Of a stretch of DNA of 64,000 nucleotides, positions 54,876 through 64,000 are shown in pieces. The position numbers and the translations under genes were made by a program. The notes under the pieces are model-generated. The model was not told the DNA's origin, searched no databases, and saw nothing but the letters and a program-made list of their open reading frames with translations. Positions within the stretch are counted from its first letter, which is position 1. Each line of letters opens with the position of its first letter. The stretch is from an uncultured Planctomycetota bacterium. Its GTDB lineage: Bacteria > Planctomycetota > PLA2 > JAEUHO01. The DNA lies in contig CAVVXN010000003.1 of the NCBI GenBank assembly GCA_963752285.1, positions 416,001-480,000 of the forward strand. Direction: 5' to 3'.

Positions 54876-56564
54876 GTGCCGGCGGACTGGAACCCTCTCC
54901 TCCGCCTCGCCGTGATCCTCGTCGCGGGCGTCGCCTCCGGACGCGTCGCGCGCCGCGCCGGCCTCCCCGCGGTGACGGGCCAGATCCTCGTCGGGATCGT
55001 CCTCGGCCCCGTGCTCCACCTCTTCGACGCCGAGGCCCTCTCGGCGCTCGCGCCCGTCACGCACTTCGCGCTCGGCCTGATGGCCGTCGCCGTCGGGAGC
55101 CACCTCCACCTGAGGCGGCTGAGGAACGCGAAGAAGCGGCTGGGCCTCCTGCTCGCCGCCGAGGTCCTCTTCGTGCCCTCGCTGGTGGGCGCCGGCGTGG
55201 CCCTCCTCCCCGGCGGGTCCTGGCCGTTCGCCGTCCTGCTGGCGGCGATCGCGCTCTCGACCGCGCCCGCCACGATCCTGGCGATCGTGCGGGAGACGCG
55301 GTCGAAGGGCGTCTTCGTGAAGACGCTCGTCGCCGGGGTGGCGCTCGACAACATCGCCGCGATCACGCTCTTCGAGGTCGCCCACGCCGTGGTCCGCGCG
55401 CACCTCGACCCGACGCTCGGAGGCGGGGGGCTCGGCCTGATCGTCCTGCCGGTCCGGGTCCTCGTCCTCTCGGCCCTGCTCGGGGTCCTGGTGGGCGGCC
55501 TCCTGATCGTCCTCACGCGGAACGTGGTCCGTCCCGATCGCCTGGCCACGCTCTCGATGGTGGCGATCCTCCTCACGGCGGGGGTCGCCGCGGAGGTGCC
55601 CTACCTCTCGACCCTCCTCTCGTGCCTGTTCCTCGGCGTCGTCCTCGCCAACCTGACCCCGGAGAAGGAGGAGATCGGGCACCGCGTGTTCACGAACTTC
55701 GAGCCGGCGATCTTCGCGATCTTCTTCACGCTCGCGGGGATGGAGCTCGACTTCCAGTACGTGATGCGCGGCGGCGAGATCGCGCTCGCGGTGTTCGCGC
55801 TCCGCTTCGCGGGCAAGGTCCTGGCGGCGGGGGTCGCGATGCGCCTCGCGGGGGCCACCGATCGCGTCCGGCGCTACCTCGGCCTCGCGCTGATGCCGCA
55901 GGCGGGCCTCGCCGTGGGCCTGATGCTGCTCGTGACCGAGGACCCGACCTTCGCGCCGATCGCGAACCTCTTCTTGGCCGTCGTGCTGACGCTCGTCGCG
56001 CTGAACGAGATCGTGGGCCCGCTCCTCGCCCGGTTCGCGCTGGCGCGGTCCGGCGACCTCGGCAAGGACCGCGCCCGGCTGATCGACTTCCTGCACGAGG
56101 AGAACATCACGACCGACCTGCACGCCGCGTCGATGGAGGACGCCATCCGGCAGCTCGTGGACCTCCTCGTCACGTCGCACGGTCTCGACGTGGACCGGGA
56201 GCACCTCCTCGCGGCGGTCCTCGAGCGCGAGGCCCTGGCGACCACGCGTCTCGGCGACGGCCTCGCCATCCCGCACGGCGAGATCGAGGTGGGCGAGTCG
56301 ATCCTCGGCGCGATGGGCGTCAGCCACGAGGGCCTGGACCTCGACGCGCCGGACGGGCGGCCCGTCCACTGCATGATCCTGCTGGCCACGCCGCCCTCCG
56401 AGCGGACGCGTCACCTGGAGGTGCTCGCCGCGTTCGCGCGCGCCATCGGCGCGGACCGTCAGGTTCAGCAGCAGCTCTACCGGGCGACGACGCCCGCGCA
56501 CGCGTACGAGCTGCTCCACGCGGAGGAGGAGGCGGAGGACTTCAACTACTTCCTCGACGAGTGA
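54876..56564 (+). CDS. Cation:proton antiporter fused to a PTS EIIA (Ntr/Fru-type) domain
   Basis: LPAVTGQILVGIVLGP, STAPA, VALDN, FFTLAG, LMPQAGLAVGL; C-terminal LEREALATTRLGDGLAIPHG...APDGRPVH. Confidence 0.88.
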   Translation: MPADWNPLLRLAVILVAGVASGRVARRAGLPAVTGQILVGIVLGPVLHLFDAEALSALAPVTHFALGLMAVAVGSHLHLRRLRNAKKRLGLLLAAEVLFVPSLVGAGVALLPGGSWPFAVLLAAIALSTAPATILAIVRETRSKGVFVKTLVAGVALDNIAAITLFEVAHAVVRAHLDPTLGGGGLGLIVLPVRVLVLSALLGVLVGGLLIVLTRNVVRPDRLATLSMVAILLTAGVAAEVPYLSTLLSCLFLGVVLANLTPEKEEIGHRVFTNFEPAIFAIFFTLAGMELDFQYVMRGGEIALAVFALRFAGKVLAAGVAMRLAGATDRVRRYLGLALMPQAGLAVGLMLLVTEDPTFAPIANLFLAVVLTLVALNEIVGPLLARFALARSGDLGKDRARLIDFLHEENITTDLHAASMEDAIRQLVDLLVTSHGLDVDREHLLAAVLEREALATTRLGDGLAIPHGEIEVGESILGAMGVSHEGLDLDAPDGRPVHCMILLATPPSERTRHLEVLAAFARAIGADRQVQQQLYRATTPAHAYELLHAEEEAEDFNYFLDE

Positions 56565-56594
56565 CGGCCCGGGCCCGCCGGGCACGGAGTCGGG

Positions 56595-57644
56595 TCAGAC
56601 CTCCAGGTCCTTCCAGAACGGCTTCTGCACCCGCGTGAGCTGGTGCACGACGCGTCGCGCGGCGTCGGAGGGGTTCGCCTCGACCTCGACCTCCCCGGCC
56701 GCCGGCGCGGCGAGCGCGTCGAGCGCGACGCGCACGCCCGTCACGAGGCCCTCGAGGTCGTAGCCCCCCTCCAGCGTCAGCACGATCCGGCCGGGGCAGT
56801 GGCGGTCGGCCCACCGGCGGATCAGGGCGTAGAGAGCGCGAAACCCGGCCTCGGTCTGCTTCATGCCGGCGAGGGGGTCGTTCCACCAGGTGTCGAAGCC
56901 GGCCGAGACGAGGATCAGCTCGGGCTCGTACGCATCGACGATGCGATCGACGACCGTCCGGTACGGGAGGAGGAAGTCGGCGTCCCCGCTCCCGGCGGGG
57001 AGCGGGACGTTCACCGTGTGGCCGCGGCCTCGGCCCGTGCCCACCTCGTCGAGCGCGCCGGTGCCCGGATAGAAGGGGTACTGGTGGCTCGACACGTAGA
57101 GCACGTCGTCGCGTTCGGCGAACGCGTGCTGGGTCCCGTTCCCGTGGTGTACGTCGGGGTCCACCACGAGGATGCGCCGCAGTCCCATCTCGGCCGCGGC
57201 GTGCGCCGCGGCGATGGCGACGTTGTTGAAGAGGCAGAATCCCATCGCTGCGTCCGCCTCGGCGTGGTGCCCGGGCGGACGGACGAGCGCGAACGCGCCC
57301 GAGGCCTCCTTCGCGAGCACCGCCTCCACCCCGCGAAGGACCGCCCCGGCGGCCAGGAGCGCCGCCTCGTACGAGCGGGGCGAGGTCCGCGTGTCCTCGT
57401 CGAGCCACCGCGACGCCTCCGCCGCGCGACGGACCCGCTCGACGTACTCCGGCCGGTGCACCCGGCCGACCTCGGCGAGGCGCGCCGGGCGGGACGGGAC
57501 CCCCGTCGTGCCCGGGACCGGGGCGGCGTCCAGGCTCGCCTCGACGGCCGCGAGCCGGCGCGCGCTCTCCGGGTGCCCCGGGCCCGTGTCGTGCGCCAGG
57601 AAGGCCTCGTGCCGGACGACCCAGACGCTCACGGTCGGGAGCAT
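56595..57644 (-). CDS. Histone deacetylase-family (class II-like) deacylase
   Basis: [58 protein letters not shown]. Confidence 0.93.
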   Translation of the reverse strand: MLPTVSVWVVRHEAFLAHDTGPGHPESARRLAAVEASLDAAPVPGTTGVPSRPARLAEVGRVHRPEYVERVRRAAEASRWLDEDTRTSPRSYEAALLAAGAVLRGVEAVLAKEASGAFALVRPPGHHAEADAAMGFCLFNNVAIAAAHAAAEMGLRRILVVDPDVHHGNGTQHAFAERDDVLYVSSHQYPFYPGTGALDEVGTGRGRGHTVNVPLPAGSGDADFLLPYRTVVDRIVDAYEPELILVSAGFDTWWNDPLAGMKQTEAGFRALYALIRRWADRHCPGRIVLTLEGGYDLEGLVTGVRVALDALAAPAAGEVEVEANPSDAARRVVHQLTRVQKPFWKDLEV

Positions 57645-57727
57645 ATCTCCGGGGGTGGCGGGCGATCCGACCGGGTATCATCGGCCGTGCGCGTCCCGGA
57701 CCGCCTGCTGCCCGGGGGAGCCCATCC

Positions 57728-58273
57728 TTGACCGTCGACGGCGAACGACTGCGCGAGACCTTCGCGCCCCACTTCGACGCGATGCGCGCCGAGGACCGGG
57801 ACCACCTCGCCGAGGTGCTGGAGGAGCAGGACGTCCCGGCGGGGACCCGACTCCTCCGCCACGGTCGCCTGAGCGACCGCGCCTACCTCATCGTCCGCGG
57901 GGAGGTCGAGGTCACGCTCGACTGCCCCGAGACCACCCTCCGTCTGGGTCGCCGGCCCGCCGGCTCCTGGGTGGGCGAGCTGGGGATGATCGACCCCGGC
58001 CCCGCGTCGGCCAACGTGGACGCGCTGACCGACCTCCACGTCTGGATCCTGACCCATCCCGCCTGGAACGCGCTCCGCCGCGAGCGACCCGCCGCGGCCG
58101 CGTCCCTGACCGAGCTGATCTGCCGGGACGTCGCCATGCGCCTGCGTCGGAGCGACGCGCTCACGTTCCGCCGCGAGGGACCGCGCCTCGTCCTGGCCCT
58201 CCCCGCCGAGCGCCCCCGGGAGGGGCTGCTCGAGCACATGAAGCACCTCTTCGGGCTCGGGGTCGCCGGATGA
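57728..58273 (+). CDS. Cyclic nucleotide-binding domain protein
   Basis: PAGTRLLRHG, AYLIVRGEVEV, WVGELGMIDPGPASANV; no HTH. Confidence 0.82.
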   Translation: MTVDGERLRETFAPHFDAMRAEDRDHLAEVLEEQDVPAGTRLLRHGRLSDRAYLIVRGEVEVTLDCPETTLRLGRRPAGSWVGELGMIDPGPASANVDALTDLHVWILTHPAWNALRRERPAAAASLTELICRDVAMRLRRSDALTFRREGPRLVLALPAERPREGLLEHMKHLFGLGVAG

Positions 58274-58767
58274 CGCTCGAGGAGTGCCTCCAGCGGCAGC
58301 CGTCGCTCGCCGCCCTCTCGCGCGCCGACCTCGACGCCCTCGTCCGCTCGTGCGAGGTGCGCGAGCATCCGGACGGCTACGAGCTGATCCGCGAGGGCGA
58401 CCGCGCGGACGCCGTGTACTTCATCCTCTCCGGGCAGCTCCGCGTGGCCGTCGCGAAGCCGCGCGCGGCCGACTTCGTCTTCCGCCGCCAGATGGGCCCG
58501 GGGGAGATCATCGGGCTCCTCGCGCTGATCGACGGCGGTCCGCGGAGCGCGACGTGTACCGCGGCGGGGCCGATCCGGGTCGCGCGGCTGCGGCTCGACG
58601 TCGCGCGGCTCCTGATGAACAGCCACGCGCCGATCTCGTGCGGGTTCCAGTGCGCGCTCGCGACGCAGCTCGTGCGCGACGCGCGCCTCCTGAACGAGGC
58701 GGTCCTCGACGCCGTGCACACGCACCTCTGCGACGCAGACGACCTCCCCGCCGAGCTGATCCGCTAG
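58270..58767 (+). CDS. Cyclic nucleotide-binding domain protein
   Basis: LIREGDRADAVYFILSGQL, GPGEIIGLLALIDGGPRSATC; ATGA overlap with previous gene. Confidence 0.82.
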   Translation: MTLEECLQRQPSLAALSRADLDALVRSCEVREHPDGYELIREGDRADAVYFILSGQLRVAVAKPRAADFVFRRQMGPGEIIGLLALIDGGPRSATCTAAGPIRVARLRLDVARLLMNSHAPISCGFQCALATQLVRDARLLNEAVLDAVHTHLCDADDLPAELIR

Positions 58768-58817
58768 TCATACGGAGCCAGAGCAATTCGTCCGGGTCAG
58801 GCTCTGGACTCCGGCCG

Positions 58818-58832
58818 ATCGGTTTTTTCAAT
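58818..58832. promoter_or_regulatory. Candidate LysR T-N11-A site
   Basis: ATCGGTTTTTTCAAT, AT-rich island ~50 bp upstream of the LysR start. Confidence 0.4.
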
Positions 58833-58884
58833 GTAGTCCATCGCCCCAGGGGCATCCTTCGGGAGGCCCCGCGGAGGACGTGCG

Positions 58885-59796
58885 ATGGCCTCGATCGACG
58901 AGCCGCTGAGCATCCGACAGCTGGAGGTCTTCGTCGCGTTGGTGGACCGCGGCTCGTTCACGAAGGCGGCGGAGGACCTCGGCCTCTCGCAGTCCACCGT
59001 GAGCGGGCACATCGCGGACCTCGAGCGCCGGCTCGGGGTGCTCGTCGTGGAGCGGGGCCACCGAAACGTCCGGTCCACCGCCGCGGGCGAGGCCCTCCTC
59101 GGTCCGGCGCGGGCCACGCTCAAGGCCGAGCGGACGACCCGGATGGCCGTGGAGGAGCTGACCGGCCTCCTGCGCGGGCAGCTCTCGATCGGCGGCTCGA
59201 CGATCCCCGCCACGTACCTGCTCCCGCCGATCATGGCGCGCTTCCACGAGCGCTACCCCGACATCGCCCTCCGCCTCGTGACGGGCGACTCGCAGGAGAC
59301 GCTCGACCGGATCCACGCCTCCGAGGTCGAGCTCGGGGTGATCGGCGCGACGCCCGACGAGCAGTCCTTCGACGCGAAGCGGGTGGGCGAGGACCACCTC
59401 GCCCTGATCGTCCCGCCGACCCATCCCTTCGCCAGGGAGAAGCGGGTCACGGTGGACGCGGTGCTCGCCGAGCCGATGGTGATCCGCGAGGAGGGATCCG
59501 GGACGCGGGCGGCGGTCGTCTCGGCGCTCGTCGGCGACTCGGGCGTGCATCCCGGCCAGCGCCTCAACGTGGTCTGCGAGGTCGGCAGCACCGAGAGCTC
59601 CAAGGCGGCGGTTCGCGCGGGCGTGGGGATCTCGTTCGTGTCGGACCTCGCCGTCCGGGACGAGCTCGCGTCGGGCGCCCTCGCCACGGCCGAGGTCGAG
59701 GGCGTGGACGTGCGGCGGACGTTCTGGCTCGTCACGCGAAAGGGCGCGTACCTCGGTCCCGCCGCGCGCGCCTTCTTCGACCTCGAGCTCGCGTAG
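58885..59796 (+). CDS. LysR-family transcriptional regulator (CysL/CbbR-like)
   Basis: RQLEVFVA...GSFTKAAEDLGLSQSTVS HTH; GGSTIPATYLLP, IREEGSGTR, VRAGVGISFVS. Confidence 0.92.
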   Translation: MASIDEPLSIRQLEVFVALVDRGSFTKAAEDLGLSQSTVSGHIADLERRLGVLVVERGHRNVRSTAAGEALLGPARATLKAERTTRMAVEELTGLLRGQLSIGGSTIPATYLLPPIMARFHERYPDIALRLVTGDSQETLDRIHASEVELGVIGATPDEQSFDAKRVGEDHLALIVPPTHPFAREKRVTVDAVLAEPMVIREEGSGTRAAVVSALVGDSGVHPGQRLNVVCEVGSTESSKAAVRAGVGISFVSDLAVRDELASGALATAEVEGVDVRRTFWLVTRKGAYLGPAARAFFDLELA

Positions 59797-59860
59797 CCCG
59801 CGCCGTCCGCCGACCGTTCGCCCGACGGCGGTACGGTGGCCGGGCCCGAACGGAGAAGTC

Positions 59861-61534
59861 ATGGCCGAGACCCCCCGAAGCGACGTGGTCGTCCCGAAGT
59901 CCGTCCAGCCGACGCTTCCGATCGAGCGGATGATCGTCCCGGAGGCGCCCGGCGAGGACGCCGTCCCCATGGACGTCCTCTTCGTGGGCGCGGGGCCCGC
60001 CGGCCTCGCGGGGGCGATCCACCTCGCGCGCCTCGTGAAGAAGGACCAGGAAGCGGGCGGGTCGATCGGCGACGTCGAGATCGGCGTGCTCGAGAAGGCC
60101 GAGGGCCTCGGGCACCACTCGCTCTCCGGAGCCGTCGTGAACCCCGTGGCGCTCCGGGCGCTCTTCCCGGAGCTGTCGGACGCGGACCTCCCGCTCCGAA
60201 AGCCCGTCACGGCCGAGCGCGTGTACGTCCTCACGAGCGGACGCGCCTGGCGCATCCCGACGCCCCGGACGATGAAGAACCACGGGTACTTCACCGCGTC
60301 CCTGTGCGAGGTCGTCCGGTGGCTCGGCGAGAAGGCGGAGGGGCTCGGCGTCAACCTCTTCACGGGCTTCCCCGTGGCGTCGCTCCTCGTGGAGAAGGAC
60401 GCGGTGGTGGGGGTGCGGACGACGCCCTCCGGCCTGCGCCGCGACGGGACGCCGGGCCCGGGCCACCAGCCGCCGACCGACGTCTCCGCCCGCGTCGTCG
60501 CCATCGCCGACGGCTCGCGCGGCTCGCTCTCGCAGGCCTGGCGGGCGTGGCAGGGCGTCACGTCCGAGAACCCGCAGATCTTCGCGCTCGGCGTGAAGGA
60601 GGTCTGGGAGACGAAGCGGCCGCTCGACGCGGTGATCCACACGATGGGATGGCCGCTCCCGCGCGACGCGTTCGGAGGGTCGTTCCTCTACCCGCTGGCC
60701 GACGACCAGGTGGCCTTGGGCCTCGTCGTGGGCATGGACTGGCCCACGACCGCGATCGACGTGCACGGGCTGCTGCAGCGGTGGAAGCGTCACCCGCTCG
60801 TCCAGCCGATCCTCGAGGGCGGCGAGCTCCTCGAGTGGGGGGCGAAGACGATCCCCGAGGGCGGCTACTACGCGCTTCCGAACCGCCTGGCCGGCGCGGG
60901 CGCCCTCCTCCTCGGCGACGGCGCGGGCTTCGTGGACGTGCCCTCGCTGAAGGGCGTCCACTACGCGATGACCTCCGGCATGGAGGCGGCCGAGGCGATC
61001 TTCGAGGCCCTGAAGAAGGGCGACGTCTCGGCCGAGGCGCTCGCGCCCTACGACGAGCGGATGCGCGCCTCGTACGTCGTGTCCGACCTGCGGCGCACGC
61101 GGAACATGCGCCTCGCGTTCCAGAAGGGCTTCTTCCGCGGCGGCATCCGCGCGAGCGTCCTCAGCCTGACGAAGGGCGCGTTCCCGGGCCGGCGCATCCG
61201 GTCGGAGGAGGACGCGCTCCGCCCGCGTCGCGTCGTGGCGCCGGTCGCGCCGGCGGCCGAGGGGGCGCTCGCGATCTCGAAGGTCGAGGGCGTCTTCAAG
61301 TCGGGGAACCAGACGCGCGACGACATCCCCTCGCACCTCGTGACCGGCCCGAAGGTCCCGCCCGAGGTGGCCGAGCTCTACGCGGCGATGTGCCCCGCGG
61401 GCGTGTACGAGCGTCGCGGCGACGACCTGGTCGTGAACGCGCCGAACTGCGTGGACTGCAAGGCCACCGACGTCCTCGGCCCGCGCTGGACGCCGCGCGA
61501 GGGCGGGTCGGGCCCGCACTACACGAGGATGTAG
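59861..61534 (+). CDS. Electron transfer flavoprotein-ubiquinone oxidoreductase
   Basis: DVLFVGAGPAGLA, VLEKA...HSLSGAV, FALGVKEVW, HTMGWPL, GAKTIPEGGY, KGVHYAMTSG, CPAGVYE. Confidence 0.92.
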   Translation: MAETPRSDVVVPKSVQPTLPIERMIVPEAPGEDAVPMDVLFVGAGPAGLAGAIHLARLVKKDQEAGGSIGDVEIGVLEKAEGLGHHSLSGAVVNPVALRALFPELSDADLPLRKPVTAERVYVLTSGRAWRIPTPRTMKNHGYFTASLCEVVRWLGEKAEGLGVNLFTGFPVASLLVEKDAVVGVRTTPSGLRRDGTPGPGHQPPTDVSARVVAIADGSRGSLSQAWRAWQGVTSENPQIFALGVKEVWETKRPLDAVIHTMGWPLPRDAFGGSFLYPLADDQVALGLVVGMDWPTTAIDVHGLLQRWKRHPLVQPILEGGELLEWGAKTIPEGGYYALPNRLAGAGALLLGDGAGFVDVPSLKGVHYAMTSGMEAAEAIFEALKKGDVSAEALAPYDERMRASYVVSDLRRTRNMRLAFQKGFFRGGIRASVLSLTKGAFPGRRIRSEEDALRPRRVVAPVAPAAEGALAISKVEGVFKSGNQTRDDIPSHLVTGPKVPPEVAELYAAMCPAGVYERRGDDLVVNAPNCVDCKATDVLGPRWTPREGGSGPHYTRM

Positions 61535-61595
61535 ACGGCCCGGCGCGCGCGGAGAGCGCCCGAGGCGCCCGTTCTCGTGTTCGGGCCGGGAGCGT

Positions 61596-62900
61596 CTACG
61601 GCTCCACGGCGATCCGCTGCACGAAGAGCAGGCACCGGTCCCCGAACCGGCGCGCTTCCTCGAGGAGCACCTTCGTGTCGGGCACGACCACGTCCGAGAA
61701 CGAGGGCTTCCCGTTCGTCACGACCTCGATCGGCTTCGTGAGGTCGAGCATGTCGGGCGACACGAGGATCGTGAAGCGCTTCACGCCGCGCGTCGTGACG
61801 TCGATCCGGTTGCCGCTCCGCCGCGCCTCCAGGCGGGGGAGGTCGGTCCGTACGAGGGAGCCCGCCGCGTCGTCGAAGGTGCCGGTGGTCTGCCCCTCGC
61901 CCGCCTCGTCGATCCGGACCCACCGGAACGTGTCGGCGGGGAACGTCGTCTCGCGGGAGGGATCGAGCTGCCAATGGACCGCGTCCGGGTAGGGGACGCG
62001 CGGGTGCGCGGAGAGGAACGTCCGGACCTCGTCCTGGAACTTCAGGAAGTACCGCGGGTCGTGGCCTCCGCCGGCGACCTCCTTGTAGAGCAGGTCGATC
62101 CCCGACGCCTTCATGCCCTTCACGGCCTCGCGCACGTGGTCGATCGTGAAGATCGTGTCCTTGTCGCCGTTGATCGCGAAGAAGGGCAGGTTCACCAGGT
62201 TCGAGAAGCGCGTCACCCCGCCGGGCGCGCCGATCACGGGCACCGCGGCGGCGAAGAACGTCGCCTCCGTCTCGACCATCGCGTACGTGCCGCGCCCGCC
62301 GTCGGAGTCGCCCGCGACGTACACGCGGTTCTCGTCCACGTTGAAGGTCTGCTTCACGACGCGCAGCGCGTGCTCCACGAGGTCGCGGCACGCGGGCGAG
62401 CCCCACTCGACGCCCTCGTACGTGGACGGACCCACGACGATCAGCCCGAGGTCCTCGAACGCCGGCGCGAACATCCCGGCCTCGTTCGCGCCGCCGCCGG
62501 GCGCGGGCTGGCGGACCGCGCCGTGGAGGAAGACCACGACGCCCGTCGGCTTCTTCCGGTTCAGGTGATGCGGGACGACCCAGGTGATCTCGCGGGACTT
62601 CCCGTCGGGACCCGTGTGTGCGAACGTGAAGCGGTCCGGCACGCGTGCCGGGTAGGGCCGGCGCTTCGAGAGCACCTCCCGGAGCCGCAGCGCGCCCTTG
62701 TCGCCCGGGTACTTGGCGACGAGCTTCTCCAGGAGCGACTGCGCCTCGGCCTCGTCGTCGGTGTCGAGGTAGTCGAACTCCGCGGGCTTTCGGACCTTCG
62801 GGAGCTCGTTCTTCTCCTCCTTCGCCCCGGCGGGCGCGAAGGAGAGCGAGAAGGCGATCCCGAGAGCGAGCGCGAGGCGGCTGGCGAGGGGAGCGCGCAT
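61596..62900 (-). CDS. Secreted alpha/beta hydrolase (esterase/peptidase-like)
   Basis: Signal peptide; [21 protein letters not shown] (G-x-S-x-G), NGDKD, GGGH triad. Confidence 0.82.
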   Translation of the reverse strand: MRAPLASRLALALGIAFSLSFAPAGAKEEKNELPKVRKPAEFDYLDTDDEAEAQSLLEKLVAKYPGDKGALRLREVLSKRRPYPARVPDRFTFAHTGPDGKSREITWVVPHHLNRKKPTGVVVFLHGAVRQPAPGGGANEAGMFAPAFEDLGLIVVGPSTYEGVEWGSPACRDLVEHALRVVKQTFNVDENRVYVAGDSDGGRGTYAMVETEATFFAAAVPVIGAPGGVTRFSNLVNLPFFAINGDKDTIFTIDHVREAVKGMKASGIDLLYKEVAGGGHDPRYFLKFQDEVRTFLSAHPRVPYPDAVHWQLDPSRETTFPADTFRWVRIDEAGEGQTTGTFDDAAGSLVRTDLPRLEARRSGNRIDVTTRGVKRFTILVSPDMLDLTKPIEVVTNGKPSFSDVVVPDTKVLLEEARRFGDRCLLFVQRIAVEP

Positions 62901-62946
62901 GGGGACAGACTACGCGCGACCCGATCCGGCGGGGTATCTCGGCGCG

Positions 62947-64000
<1,054 letters not shown>

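Noticed and set aside
38723..56638. Long ORFs 38723-43114, 47195-50389, 50073-53474 (upstream part), 51044-56638, 53517-56585
   Set aside because: Alternative-frame or antisense shadows of the SNF2, HEAT and antiporter genes; no motifs
61531..61599. GTAGAC...GTCTAC inverted repeat spanning two convergent stop codons
   Set aside because: Short, largely explained by two TAG stops; single occurrence

Overview
Very GC-rich bacterial chromosomal segment (by eye roughly 70-75% GC), gene-dense, about 48 CDS. No rRNA, tRNA, CRISPR array or transposase was recognised. Gene content (secreted AHGG...WxxWW HEAT-repeat paralogs, carboxypeptidase-regulatory repeats, DUF1080-like domain, a prepilin-motif relic) suggests an uncultured Planctomycetota-like organism; this is inference. 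Main blocks: (1) ABC exporter, secreted pentein (deiminase-like) enzyme, CDF metal exporter, YbbN and a giant polytopic membrane protein (1-13 kb); (2) TonB, TonB-dependent receptor, PDZ-DUF1080 protein and a polar amino-acid ABC transporter (13-20 kb); (3) a stress/signalling block with mscS, bfr, RsbU_N-like histidine kinase, NarL-type regulator, CheB-CheR-HK-REC hybrid and dps (20-30 kb); (4) a metal-homeostasis block with DUF134 and its palindromic operator, a Ni/Co ECF importer, a ZnuA-like SBP, a His-rich RcnA-like protein, and a Fur-box-headed operon for a porin, a Met-less monoheme cytochrome c and a MauG/bCcP-type diheme lipoprotein (30-40 kb); (5) SNF2+SWIM, mgtE, STAS, PP2C, a HEAT-repeat cluster, CPA-PTS EIIA fusion, HDAC, two cNMP-domain proteins, LysR, ETF-QO, a hydrolase and an ABC exporter (40-64 kb). 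A ~260-bp TIR-bounded repeat family occurs three times and supplies the stop codon of two genes. Three otherwise intact genes carry single-base frameshifts that look like long-read errors. The strongest candidates for something new are the Fur-box porin/cytochrome/MauG-like operon and the MITE-like structured repeat.
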